From NCBI GenBank assembly GCA_963811705.1, contig CAWESL010000007.1, forward strand, positions 218,100 to 282,099: a stretch of 64,000 bases of DNA, in the 5' to 3' direction. The translations under genes and the position numbers were made by a program. This stretch comes from Ignavibacteriota bacterium. GTDB taxonomy: Bacteria; Bacteroidota; Ignavibacteria; UBA10030; UBA6906. Below are positions 18,609 through 27,393 of this stretch, piece after piece. The notes beneath the pieces are model-generated. The model was not told the origin of the DNA, did not search any database, and was given only the letters and a program-made list of their open reading frames with translations. Each line of letters begins with the position of its first letter. The first letter of the stretch is position 1.

Positions 18609-19085
18609 TCAGAACGTCAGCGTGATGGCATTCCTGCTGGCAAACTCCAGGAATGTCGCGGCTCCGCCGATCTGGAGACCGTCCATGAGTTCTTCCTTCT
18701 TGATGCCCATGACGTCCATGGTCATCTGACAGGCAATCAGTTTGACGCCGGATTCCACGGCGATGTCCAGCAGCTCGCTCAGCTTGGCCACCTTGGCTTT
18801 CGACATCCAGCTGTTCATCATCATGGTGGCCGCCGCGGTCATGCCGGGGAGCATTCCGATGATGTTCGGCATCGGGACCGGCATCGCGGGGTTTCCGATC
18901 GGGGCGACTTTCAGATGGTCGGCTTTTCCCTTCTTGATGATTTCGAGTCCGTAAAACGTGAAGAAGATCGCCGCCTCCATCTCCATCGCCGCGGCAGCCG
19001 TGGCGAGAATAAGCGGCGGGTACGCCGCGTCAAGAGAGCCGTGCGAGGCAATGATTGCAATGCGTTTGCTTGATTCTTCAGGCAT
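18609..19085 (-). CDS. DsrE/DsrF-like sulfur-relay family protein (longer, DsrE3-like)
   Basis: 158 aa: RIAIIASHGSLD...FFTFYGLEIIKKG...GVKLIACQMTMDVMG. Conserved active-site-type Cys. Confidence 0.65.
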   Translation of the reverse strand: MPEESSKRIAIIASHGSLDAAYPPLILATAAAAMEMEAAIFFTFYGLEIIKKGKADHLKVAPIGNPAMPVPMPNIIGMLPGMTAAATMMMNSWMSKAKVAKLSELLDIAVESGVKLIACQMTMDVMGIKKEELMDGLQIGGAATFLEFASRNAITLTF

Positions 19086-19108
19086 GGGGTTGTTCTCCGG
19101 CAGAAATC

Positions 19109-19345
19109 TTATTTGGTCTTCTTGATGTAGAACGTAAACGTCCCACTGTTTTCTTCATGACTCAGCAACTGGTGTCCGGTCTTTTGCGTCCACGCCGTGA
19201 CATCCGGCACCGAGCCGGCATCGGTGGCGATCATCTTGAGGACCTGACCGACCTGAAGGCTGTCGACCGCCTTCTTCGTCTTCAAAATCGGCATCGGACA
19301 TGCCAGGCCGGTGCAATCGAGCGTCTGATCTGCATTCGTGGCCAT
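19109..19345 (-). CDS. tusA: TusA-like sulfurtransferase
   Basis: 78 aa with LDCTGLACPMPILKTKKA (CPxP motif). Confidence 0.8.
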   Translation of the reverse strand: MATNADQTLDCTGLACPMPILKTKKAVDSLQVGQVLKMIATDAGSVPDVTAWTQKTGHQLLSHEENSGTFTFYIKKTK

Positions 19346-19370
19346 GATCTGCTCCTGAGGAGTGATTGAT

Positions 19371-20117
19371 TCATTCGTTGGGTAAGGTACTCATGTGCGC
19401 GATGGAGCGGAGACGATTGATTAACTCGGCCCGCTCGTGCGCAACCTGTTCAAACGTCATCGCGACCTTTTCGAGCCAGAGGCCGAGCTGGTCCTCGTAA
19501 CGGCGATCGATACGGCGGATGTGTTTGGCGGCCGTGTGGAGATCGTCCGCAGGGATGTCGTGCATTGCGGCCAGCTTCTCAATCCGGGCGCTCTCTTCCT
19601 CGGGATCGGGGGCGTCATCATAGAATTGGCCTGCGATAACCATCGCAACAGGAGCTCCGTTGAGTTCAATCCGGGAGCGCGCGTATTGCAGGCCGGCATG
19701 ACAGGTCACAAATTTCGGGACCTTCTCCGATTGTTGCGCAAGCTTCTCCCACGACCCGAGACATGCCTTTTTGCCGGATGGGCTTTTGAGGATCAGCGAG
19801 CAAAAATCACACGAGTTACTGATCTCGGTAAGCGGTTCCCCCGTCGGCGATGTGGTCAGGGAGCCCACCTGGGCAATCTCGGCAAACACTTGTTGAATCG
19901 GAAGAACACAATGGATGGGAAGTGGGTCACTTGGCAAGGTTTCAAGGTCAGGGCGAACCGCGCCTCCGACGAGCGCGTCTACTTCGTCCTTCGAAAACCT
20001 CCATTGCCCTCCCACCCTGACACCGGTAATGCGGCCGTCCTTCAACATCCTGTAGATCGTCGTTCGATCAATCTTCAGAAGTCCCTGCAGTTCCTTCGTC
20101 GTAAGAAGGTTGGCCAC
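19371..20117 (-). CDS. HTH (excisionase/MerR-like) DNA-binding regulator with C-terminal Cys-containing sensory domain (PocR-like)
   Basis: The N-terminal LTTKELQGLLKIDRTTIYRMLKDGRITGVRVGGQWRF is an excisionase-family HTH. The C-terminal ~170 aa contain conserved Cys and His (CDFCSLIL...CLGSW...CHAGL). First gene of the sulfur-carrier/hydrogenase array. Confidence 0.5.
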   Translation of the reverse strand: MANLLTTKELQGLLKIDRTTIYRMLKDGRITGVRVGGQWRFSKDEVDALVGGAVRPDLETLPSDPLPIHCVLPIQQVFAEIAQVGSLTTSPTGEPLTEISNSCDFCSLILKSPSGKKACLGSWEKLAQQSEKVPKFVTCHAGLQYARSRIELNGAPVAMVIAGQFYDDAPDPEEESARIEKLAAMHDIPADDLHTAAKHIRRIDRRYEDQLGLWLEKVAMTFEQVAHERAELINRLRSIAHMSTLPNE

Positions 20118-20129
20118 AATCCGTCCAGA

Positions 20130-20185
20130 TCTGTTACGTTGCTATAGTTTGCTACAACTTGCCATAGCATATTATTGAAATTGAT
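20130..20185. promoter_or_regulatory. imperfect triple direct repeat TTGCTATAG / TTGCTACAAC / TTGCCATAGC immediately upstream of the HTH regulator
   Basis: gttacgttgctatagtttgctacaacttgccatagcatatt lies in the 235-bp intergenic region upstream of the regulator start at 20117. Confidence 0.3.
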
Positions 20186-20352
20186 CGGAATTGTCAAGAA
20201 AAATCTTTTCCATGGTTTGCTTGTTCGGGCAATTTTTGGGAGCCAGGACTATCAGGGAGGGGGGCGCCGAGCTTCAAGAAAAGAGCGATTAGGGAAGCAG
20301 GATTCGCGCTTGGCGCGACTTGGAGGGGTGGGAATCTGTAAAGACGGAGATG

Positions 20353-20973
20353 CTACGTTCGATTCGTCGAAGTTTCAGCAAGGACAAAGTGGCTGTAGAC
20401 TCCGACGAAACCCGAGTCCAGGATCTTCCAGCCGTTCGATTCGAGCGTCTGTATCACCGATGCCAGGGCCACGCGATGCGCGGCTGGTGGACCAGGAGGA
20501 GAAGCCATGTCTGCACGCCAGTCGACAATTGCAAGTCTGCCATCCTGGCGGAGGACCCTCGCCGCCTCGGAAAGCACCGACGGGAGTTCATCCAGTTCAT
20601 GCCAGAGATTTGCCATGAAAACCATGTCGACACTTTTCGCCTGCAGCGTTGTCGACGTTGCTGAACCCGAGACAAGCTCGACATTTGTCAGTCGCTGATA
20701 TGCATCGAGTTTTGCTTTGATCTTTCCGAGCATCGCAGATTGGAAATCGACCGCCACGACCTTCCCTCGTGAGCCGACCATCTCCGCAAACGGGATGGCG
20801 AAATACCCTGTCCCCGCTCCGATGTCCGCGACAACGGAATTTTCTTTGAGTCTGATTTTTGCAATCACATGATCCGCCGACAGCCAGGTTGGCCTGTTGG
20901 GGTCATCAAGGACATGGGCCCTGTCCGCGTGAAATGTGCGTTCGTTCATTGCTCCTTTGTGTTCCGGCTCCAT
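20353..20973 (-). CDS. class I SAM-dependent methyltransferase
   Basis: Motif I VADIGAGTGYFAIPFA and post-I VVAVDFQSAML. 206 aa. Confidence 0.7.
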   Translation of the reverse strand: MEPEHKGAMNERTFHADRAHVLDDPNRPTWLSADHVIAKIRLKENSVVADIGAGTGYFAIPFAEMVGSRGKVVAVDFQSAMLGKIKAKLDAYQRLTNVELVSGSATSTTLQAKSVDMVFMANLWHELDELPSVLSEAARVLRQDGRLAIVDWRADMASPPGPPAAHRVALASVIQTLESNGWKILDSGFVGVYSHFVLAETSTNRT

Positions 20974-21057
20974 CGACGCCTCTCGGTGATGATTCAGGTA
21001 TTTATGAGATGCACTGCATGAACTGAACGGGTCTCTCGATCGATGCCAACGGCCCGC

Positions 21058-22320
21058 TTAATCGAATCGATGAGGATTCAGCAGCGACACATCGTGCGAT
21101 GGTTTCTCCCCACGGATCATCTCCGTCACAAGCTTCCCGGTCACCGTCGCGAGCGAAATCCCGAGCATCGCATGACCTGTGGCCGCCAGCAGGTTCGCAT
21201 ATTGCCGGAACCGACCGATGTATGGCATGCCATCCGGGCTGACAGGCCGAAGACCTGCCCACAACGTTGGCTCGCCGGATCCCGTGAGGGCAACGTTCCG
21301 GAAATACCGTGGCACTGCGTCGAGGATCGCCTGGACCCGAAGGTGATTGATCGACGTACTCATTCCGGAGAGTTCCATCGTTCCCGCCAACCGAAGGCTC
21401 TCCTGAAACGGCGTGACCGCAACGCGGCGTTCCACAAGAATGTAGGGGTGGACGGGCTTCACCGGCGGGTTGCGGTAGGTGATGCTGTACCCTTTTCCGG
21501 GCTGCATGAGGATCCGGAGCCCCAGGTGTCGCGCGATCGCCGGAGACCAGGCGCCTCCTGCGAGAACAAACTCCCCGGCACGAATCTCCCCTTGCGACGT
21601 CACAACGGACGTCACGCGATTTCCGTTCACGGCAAACGTTTGGACTTCGCACTGACGCAGGATCGTTGCGCCCGAACGCTCCAGGAAGAGAGCCATGTCA
21701 CGTACCAGCGTCGCGGGGACAAGGTGTGCGTCGCCCGGGTAGAAAACACCACCCCTTGCGCAAAAGTCGACTCCGGGATCCAGGACCTGGAGGTCTTCCC
21801 GGTTTAGAACCCGCGCCTCCATCTTCAATTCGTCAGCAAGCGCCGCTTCGTGCAAGGCCGAACGTCTCCCCGCCTCCGACTGGAAGAGCATGCAGAGTCC
21901 CTGACGGGTAAAGTGAAAATCCATTCCCGGCTCGTGCGACAGCGATTCCATAAGTCGCGATCCATCGAGAAGCAGGTCACGGAGGACGGGCATCGCCCGC
22001 CGCATCGTCTGCTCATCCGAGGACCGCCTGAACTCCCACGCCCATGCGATCAATTCCCTGCTCACCCGGGGTTTGACATAAAAAGGACTGCGGGGATTGA
22101 ACATCCATTTTACCGCCTGCCCGAACACGCCCGGTGCGGCAAGCGGAACGAAGTGACTGGGGCAAATGTATCCCGCGTTATGGAGCGAGCTCCCATGCCC
22201 CATCTCGCCTTTGTCCACCACCGTGACGGAAGCGCCGGCCTTCAACAGATAATATGCGGCGCACAGACCGATGGCGCCGCCGCCGACAATCAAGACATCC
22301 GTTTGGCTATCCACAGACAT
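21058..22320 (-). CDS. FAD-dependent oxidoreductase (DadA/D-hydroxyproline dehydrogenase-like)
   Basis: DVLIVGGGAIGLCAAYYL Rossmann dinucleotide motif. The start was chosen at the internal Met MSVDSQTD; the tracked ORF extends upstream to 22473. Confidence 0.7.
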   Translation of the reverse strand: MSVDSQTDVLIVGGGAIGLCAAYYLLKAGASVTVVDKGEMGHGSSLHNAGYICPSHFVPLAAPGVFGQAVKWMFNPRSPFYVKPRVSRELIAWAWEFRRSSDEQTMRRAMPVLRDLLLDGSRLMESLSHEPGMDFHFTRQGLCMLFQSEAGRRSALHEAALADELKMEARVLNREDLQVLDPGVDFCARGGVFYPGDAHLVPATLVRDMALFLERSGATILRQCEVQTFAVNGNRVTSVVTSQGEIRAGEFVLAGGAWSPAIARHLGLRILMQPGKGYSITYRNPPVKPVHPYILVERRVAVTPFQESLRLAGTMELSGMSTSINHLRVQAILDAVPRYFRNVALTGSGEPTLWAGLRPVSPDGMPYIGRFRQYANLLAATGHAMLGISLATVTGKLVTEMIRGEKPSHDVSLLNPHRFD

Positions 22321-22348
22321 TCCCCGACCCGATTTTGCCGAAGGCATA

Positions 22349-23349
22349 TCACTGCACCTGAAATCCGTGGGCATACGGGTCGCGGTCGTCGATAAAGATC
22401 GTATTGAATCCTGTGACGCGCGCCCATCCTTCGATGCTCGGGATGATTCCGTCTTTTTCTCCGACCCTGACAAGATCCTCGACGCGTCCGGTGAACAGGC
22501 TTCCGATGATGCTCTCGTGGATGAACTGATCCCCCTTCTTCAGGCGTCCTTTCGCCGTCAACTGCGCAAGCCGGGCTGACGTCCCCGTGCCGCAGGGGGA
22601 TCGGTCGATGGCGTTGTCGCCATAGAATACGGCGTTCCGCCCATCGGCCTGAGGATGCCGCGGCTTCCCCGTCCACTGGACATGACTGCACCCTCGGATG
22701 GTTGGATTGTGAGGATGCACAAAAGAATATTTCGCGTTAATCTCCCGGCGGACGACGGGACTGAGCCGAAGCACATCCGAGGCAGTCAGCTGGTCCAGGC
22801 TGTTGAACCCGTCGCGCGGATCGACAATCGCGTAGAAATTCCCTCCGTACGCGACATCGAAGTGCAGTGGACCGAGGCCGGGAACATCGACGGTCAGATC
22901 GGAGGAATCAAGATAGGATGGAACGTTGCGCAATCGAACGGATTCGACGAAGCCATGCTCCTCCCGGTATTCGGCCTCGACGACCCCGGCGGGCACTTCG
23001 AGTCGGAGACGGCCGGGCGTTCGCGGCTTCACCAGTCCGTGTTCGATCATCACGACCACCGTCCCGATGGTCCCATGTCCGCACATCGGCAGACACCCGC
23101 TCGTCTCGATGAAAAGGAGAGCGGCGTCAGTATCGTCGCGGATCGGGTCGTAGAGAATGCTCCCGGACATCATGGCATGGCCGCGGGGCTCGAACATGAG
23201 GCCCGTTCGAATCCAATCATACTCGGCAAGGAAATGCTGACGCCGCTCGCTCATTGTCGCGCCGTGAAGCGTCGGCGCGCCGCCGGCGACGACGCGCACC
23301 GGGTTTCCGCAGGTGTGGGCATCGATGCAGAGAAACGTGTTCCGCGCCA
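22349..23349 (-). CDS. proline racemase / 4-hydroxyproline epimerase family protein
   Basis: MARNTFLCIDAHTCGNPVRVV...FEPRGH... are proline racemase family signatures. Start set at the internal Met (about 333 aa); the tracked ORF has an N-terminal extension overlapping the upstream gene. Confidence 0.8.
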
Positions 23350-23403
23350 TGGTCGTGTTTCCGCCTCCGTGACACCGTTGGATGGTTTGCGATTGCACAC
23401 CCG

Positions 23404-24837
23404 TCAGCCGGGAGCCGTGTAGCAGGTCTTGACCGACGTGTAGAATTCGATCGCATACCTTCCCTGCTCCCGAGTGCCGTAACTCGATCCTTTGCGCCCC
23501 CCGAACGGAACATGGTAATCGACCCCGGCGGTCGGGAGGTTCACCATCACCATCCCCGCTCCCGCATGGTCCCGGAAATGACTCGCATGCTTCAACGACG
23601 TCGTGCAAATCCCCGCCGAAAGGCCGAACCGCGTATCGTTGGCGGCGGCGAGCGCCTCCTCGTAGTCCTTTACCGCAACGATCGCCGCAACCGGGCCAAA
23701 GACCTCCTCGCGGTTGATCCGCATGGCATTCGTTGTCTCGGTGATCAAGGCAGGTGACATGTAGAATCCTTTCTTCCGCCGCACGAGGCGCTCACCGCCA
23801 AACGCCAGCCGCCCTCCCTCCTTCTGCGCAACGGCTACATATTCCAGGTCTTTCTCCAGTTGTGCCGCGTCGACAACAGGGCCCATCTCGGTCCCTTCCG
23901 CGAGCGCATCGTCCACCTTCAGGGCGCGAAGTCGGTCGACGACGGCCTTTTCAAACCGCGAACGAATCCCGGAGGTGACGATGATCCGGCTCGACGCGGT
24001 GCAGCGTTGACCGGTCGAAAAGTACGAGCCGTTGACGGCGGCATTGACGGCGACATCGAGATCAGTGTCATCCAGAACCACGAGGGGGTTTTTCCCTCCC
24101 ATCTCCAGCTGCACCCGTTTCATCCCTGCTCCGCATTGTGCGGCGATCTGTCGGCCGATTTCCACCGAGCCCGTGAAACTGATCCCATCAACCGCGGGGT
24201 GAGAAACGAGGGCTTTCCCGACCGTCCCGCCGGAACCCATCACAAGGTTGAAGACGCCGTGAGGGAGTCCCGATCGCAAAATGATCTCGGCAAGCGCCCA
24301 GGAGCAACCCGGAGCGAGTTCGGCCGGTTTGAACACGACGGCATTTCCAAAAGCAAGCGCCGGTGCGATTTTCCATGACGGAATCGCAATGGGATAATTC
24401 CAGGGCGCAATCAGGCCGACGATCCCCAGCGGATGCCGCAAGACATCGATGTCGATTCCGGGACGAACGGATTTCAGATGATCGCCCGGTTGCCGGAGCG
24501 CCTCTCCCGCAAAGAATTTGAAAATGTATCCTGCACGAACAACCTCGCCGATCGCTTCCGGCAGAATCTTCCCCTCCTCTCTCGCCAGCAATGTGCCCAA
24601 CTCGGCCTTGCGCGTGAGGATCTCGGTGCCAATCGTGTCCAGGACATCGAACCGCTGCTGTGGTGTACTCGACGCCCACCCCCGTGCGGCGCGTTCTGCG
24701 GCCTCGACCGCGAGGTGAACCTGTTCCGCGTCGCCCTGTGCGTACGTCCCGATGATGTCGTCGGTGTCCGACGGGTTGACATTCGGGCGTTCACTTCCCG
24801 ATTCCACCCATGCCCCGCCGATGAGATTCTTGAACAT
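23404..24837 (-). CDS. NAD(P)-dependent aldehyde dehydrogenase (alpha-ketoglutarate semialdehyde dehydrogenase-like)
   Basis: 477 aa with ALDH family motifs (ELGGKNP, FxxxGQxCTA-like GQRCTASS). Confidence 0.8.
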   Translation of the reverse strand: MFKNLIGGAWVESGSERPNVNPSDTDDIIGTYAQGDAEQVHLAVEAAERAARGWASSTPQQRFDVLDTIGTEILTRKAELGTLLAREEGKILPEAIGEVVRAGYIFKFFAGEALRQPGDHLKSVRPGIDIDVLRHPLGIVGLIAPWNYPIAIPSWKIAPALAFGNAVVFKPAELAPGCSWALAEIILRSGLPHGVFNLVMGSGGTVGKALVSHPAVDGISFTGSVEIGRQIAAQCGAGMKRVQLEMGGKNPLVVLDDTDLDVAVNAAVNGSYFSTGQRCTASSRIIVTSGIRSRFEKAVVDRLRALKVDDALAEGTEMGPVVDAAQLEKDLEYVAVAQKEGGRLAFGGERLVRRKKGFYMSPALITETTNAMRINREEVFGPVAAIVAVKDYEEALAAANDTRFGLSAGICTTSLKHASHFRDHAGAGMVMVNLPTAGVDYHVPFGGRKGSSYGTREQGRYAIEFYTSVKTCYTAPG

Positions 24838-24840
24838 GGG

Positions 24841-25776
24841 CTACCTCCTTGGAAGTTCGATTTCCGGCAACGCCGGGCGGGATGCTAGCGCATTCTGCAC
24901 CAGCCCCTCGATATGGCGACGTTCTTCGCCGGTCAGAACGAGGCGCGGCGCCCGCACAAATTCAGTCCCGACACCGATAAGGGATTCGACCAGCTTGATG
25001 TAGTGAACAAATTTGATTGACGCATCGAGATGGAGCAACGGCATGAACCAACGGTACAGAGGGAGCGCCTCATCGATCCGCCCGGCCTGCACAAGACGGA
25101 ATAACGCGACCGCTTCCCGGGGAAACGCGCAGACCAGACCGGCAACCCACCCGACAGCACCAAGGATGATGCTTTCGAGGGCAAGATCGTCCACGCCGAT
25201 GAACAGCTCATAGCGATCGCCGACCAGATTTCGGATGTCAGTCAGCCGGCGGACGTTCTCGGAGGACTCCTTTATCGCGACAAACCGGGGTTCGTCAGCA
25301 AGCTCTGCAAACATCTCAGGAGTAACATCGACGCGGTAGGCAACGGGGTTATTATAGAGCATGATCGGCAATCCGGAGGCGGCGGCTATTGCCCTGAGAT
25401 GGGCGATGGTTTCTTGCCGGTCGGACACGTATTGCATCGGGGGAAGAGCCATAAAGCCACTGAGTCCCAGCGTGGATGCCTGATCGACAAACCGGCACGC
25501 GCGTGCTGTGCTGCTCTCGGCGACTCCCGAAAGGACCGGGATTTTCCCGCCAGCAACTTCAACTGCGATTTTCACCAGTTCAAGTTTCTCTTCGGGTTCC
25601 AGTGCCCCATTTTCACCGAGGGAACCGTTCACGACGAGTCCATCGACGCCGCTGTTTACTTGCCAGGCGTAGTGCTTTTTGAGCGCCTCCACGTCCAGAG
25701 ATCCGTCGCGTCGGAACTTCGTTGTCAGCGCGGGGAATACCCCGGTCCAACGGGGCTGCGGAATTGTTGGAGACAT
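24841..25776 (-). CDS. DapA/NAL-family lyase (likely 1-pyrroline-4-hydroxy-2-carboxylate deaminase)
   Basis: 311 aa dihydrodipicolinate-synthase-family fold (GVDGLVVNGSLGE...). Context with a proline-racemase-like gene, an FAD oxidase and an ALDH. Confidence 0.75.
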   Translation of the reverse strand: MSPTIPQPRWTGVFPALTTKFRRDGSLDVEALKKHYAWQVNSGVDGLVVNGSLGENGALEPEEKLELVKIAVEVAGGKIPVLSGVAESSTARACRFVDQASTLGLSGFMALPPMQYVSDRQETIAHLRAIAAASGLPIMLYNNPVAYRVDVTPEMFAELADEPRFVAIKESSENVRRLTDIRNLVGDRYELFIGVDDLALESIILGAVGWVAGLVCAFPREAVALFRLVQAGRIDEALPLYRWFMPLLHLDASIKFVHYIKLVESLIGVGTEFVRAPRLVLTGEERRHIEGLVQNALASRPALPEIELPRR

Positions 25777-25805
25777 GCATGTGTTCCTTTGGCTGAGGAC
25801 GTCTC

Positions 25806-26584
25806 ATGAAAGATACGTACCGGGGGATTTTGATGGTTGTCCTGACAGCCCTCATAGCTGCAGGGACGGCGCCCGCCCAATGGGTGAACACCAACGCGCC
25901 GAACGGAGTTCAGAATAAGACGTCATTCTTCGCGACAAGCTCTGCACTATACGTGACGTGTAATGCCGGGATCTTTCGGACCACGGATTTCGGCGCGACT
26001 TGGGCTCCATGCGATTCCGGGCTCATGTCGCTCTTCGAGAATTGCAGGGACCTTTACGCTCGGAACATTCCGCGCGAACGACCCGGCAGGGTTCTGGACC
26101 ATGGCCGGAACCGGATTCTTCTGAAATGACGGCGTATGGCATCAACAACCTGCAACTGGACAAGAACGATTTCTATGCCGGGACCGGTGGCGGAGTTTAT
26201 CGATCAACGGCAACAATCTCTTCGCTGCTGTGTACGGATCAGTTGTTACCTCCATCCCCGCTGCAAACGATCACGTTCCATCCGGATTCGTCCTGTCGCA
26301 ACACTATCCGAATCCCCGCCCGCCTGACTAAGCATGGGCCCAGGGCAGGCGGTCGGGCGGGCGTTCAATCCAAAAACAGTCATCGGCGGACAGGGGACAG
26401 TGAGGTTCGGCTCGAGGTATTCGACATCCTCGGACGCAAAGTGGCGACCATTGCTAATGGCAGGTACTCGGCGGGGAAATATACGTTTGCCTTTGACGGG
26501 ACGAACCTTGCGAGTGGGGTGTACCTTTGCAGACTCACAGCAGGTTCATACTCTGCTCTTCGGACGATGTTGTTGATCCGTTGA
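25806..26584 (+). pseudogene. BNR/Ycf48-like repeat protein with T9SS C-terminal sorting domain, fragmented across 3 frames
   Basis: Signal peptide followed by BNR-like [12 protein letters not shown] and [10 protein letters not shown] in different frames. The terminal [63 protein letters not shown] is intact. No single continuous ORF. Confidence 0.5.
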
Positions 26585-26725
26585 TGGGAGCATGCTTCTT
26601 TCCCATTGCCTCAGAGTCACAAAGTCCCCGAGTCCCGTCATCTTCGGGCTCACGTTCCTTGACGCTGACAGAACTAAGAATTCCGAATTCTTCATTCTTC
26701 ATTCCTCCGGCCCCGTCTATTCCCC

Positions 26726-27142
26726 TCACGGGTTCACTACGGTCTTGTCGTGATAGCCGCCCTGGGCGTCATACCACCAGAGGTAGTACACTGCCTGGTC
26801 ATATTCATTGTGATTTTGAATCTCCGTAAAGAGGATGGTAACGCGGCGCGCCTCATTCGACTCCAGCATTCCGATTCCCACCCCGGATTCATCGACAATG
26901 AGATTCCCGCTCTTCAACTTCACGCTGCAATTCACATCGATGGCAGTGCCGCCGGACCCGGAATTTGCCACCGTCATGTCGACTTCGGCGAATGCTCCGG
27001 GGGCTGCATTGTAACGATGGACGTCCGAGATCGAACAATCCGGAGGATCAAACAGAACACCGAGGGCTGAGTCGGGGCTGCATCCCACGAGCGCTGTGGC
27101 TGAAAGAACGCCGACGATGAGTGGTACCTTCAGGGAGTTCAT
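26726..27142 (-). CDS. hypothetical lipoprotein
   Basis: Signal peptide with lipobox LVGCSP. 138 aa, no family recognised. Confidence 0.45.
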   Translation of the reverse strand: MNSLKVPLIVGVLSATALVGCSPDSALGVLFDPPDCSISDVHRYNAAPGAFAEVDMTVANSGSGGTAIDVNCSVKLKSGNLIVDESGVGIGMLESNEARRVTILFTEIQNHNEYDQAVYYLWWYDAQGGYHDKTVVNP

Positions 27143-27393
27143 GGTGCCTCCTGATATTCTATTGACTAACGGGCAAAACCGATGCCAGATATTTCGCCGG
27201 ACAATTCTAACATTATGCAGTCCAGGAACGATTCAACGTCTTTGTGACTAGACGGAATCCGAAGGGTTGATCAGATTACTCGACACCATCGATGCGACAA
27301 AGCGATGTCAACGCAATCCAGATTTGATTACCTTTATCGTGCAGGGTCATGAGTGAAGCATTGAGACAAGCACAATCGAAATAGGAAGACATT

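Noticed and set aside
10605-20117. Presence of a full sHdr (HdrA/B/C-like) complex or DsrAB in the sulfur-carrier region
   Set aside because: No HdrA-like flavoprotein, HdrB/C pairs or DsrAB/DsrC homologues were found. The only CCG-domain protein is Isp2 of the hydrogenase.
25806-26584. Treating the BNR/T9SS region as three separate small genes
   Set aside because: BNR-like motifs and the CTD are distributed over overlapping frames with no plausible independent starts. It is better explained as one frameshifted or decayed gene.
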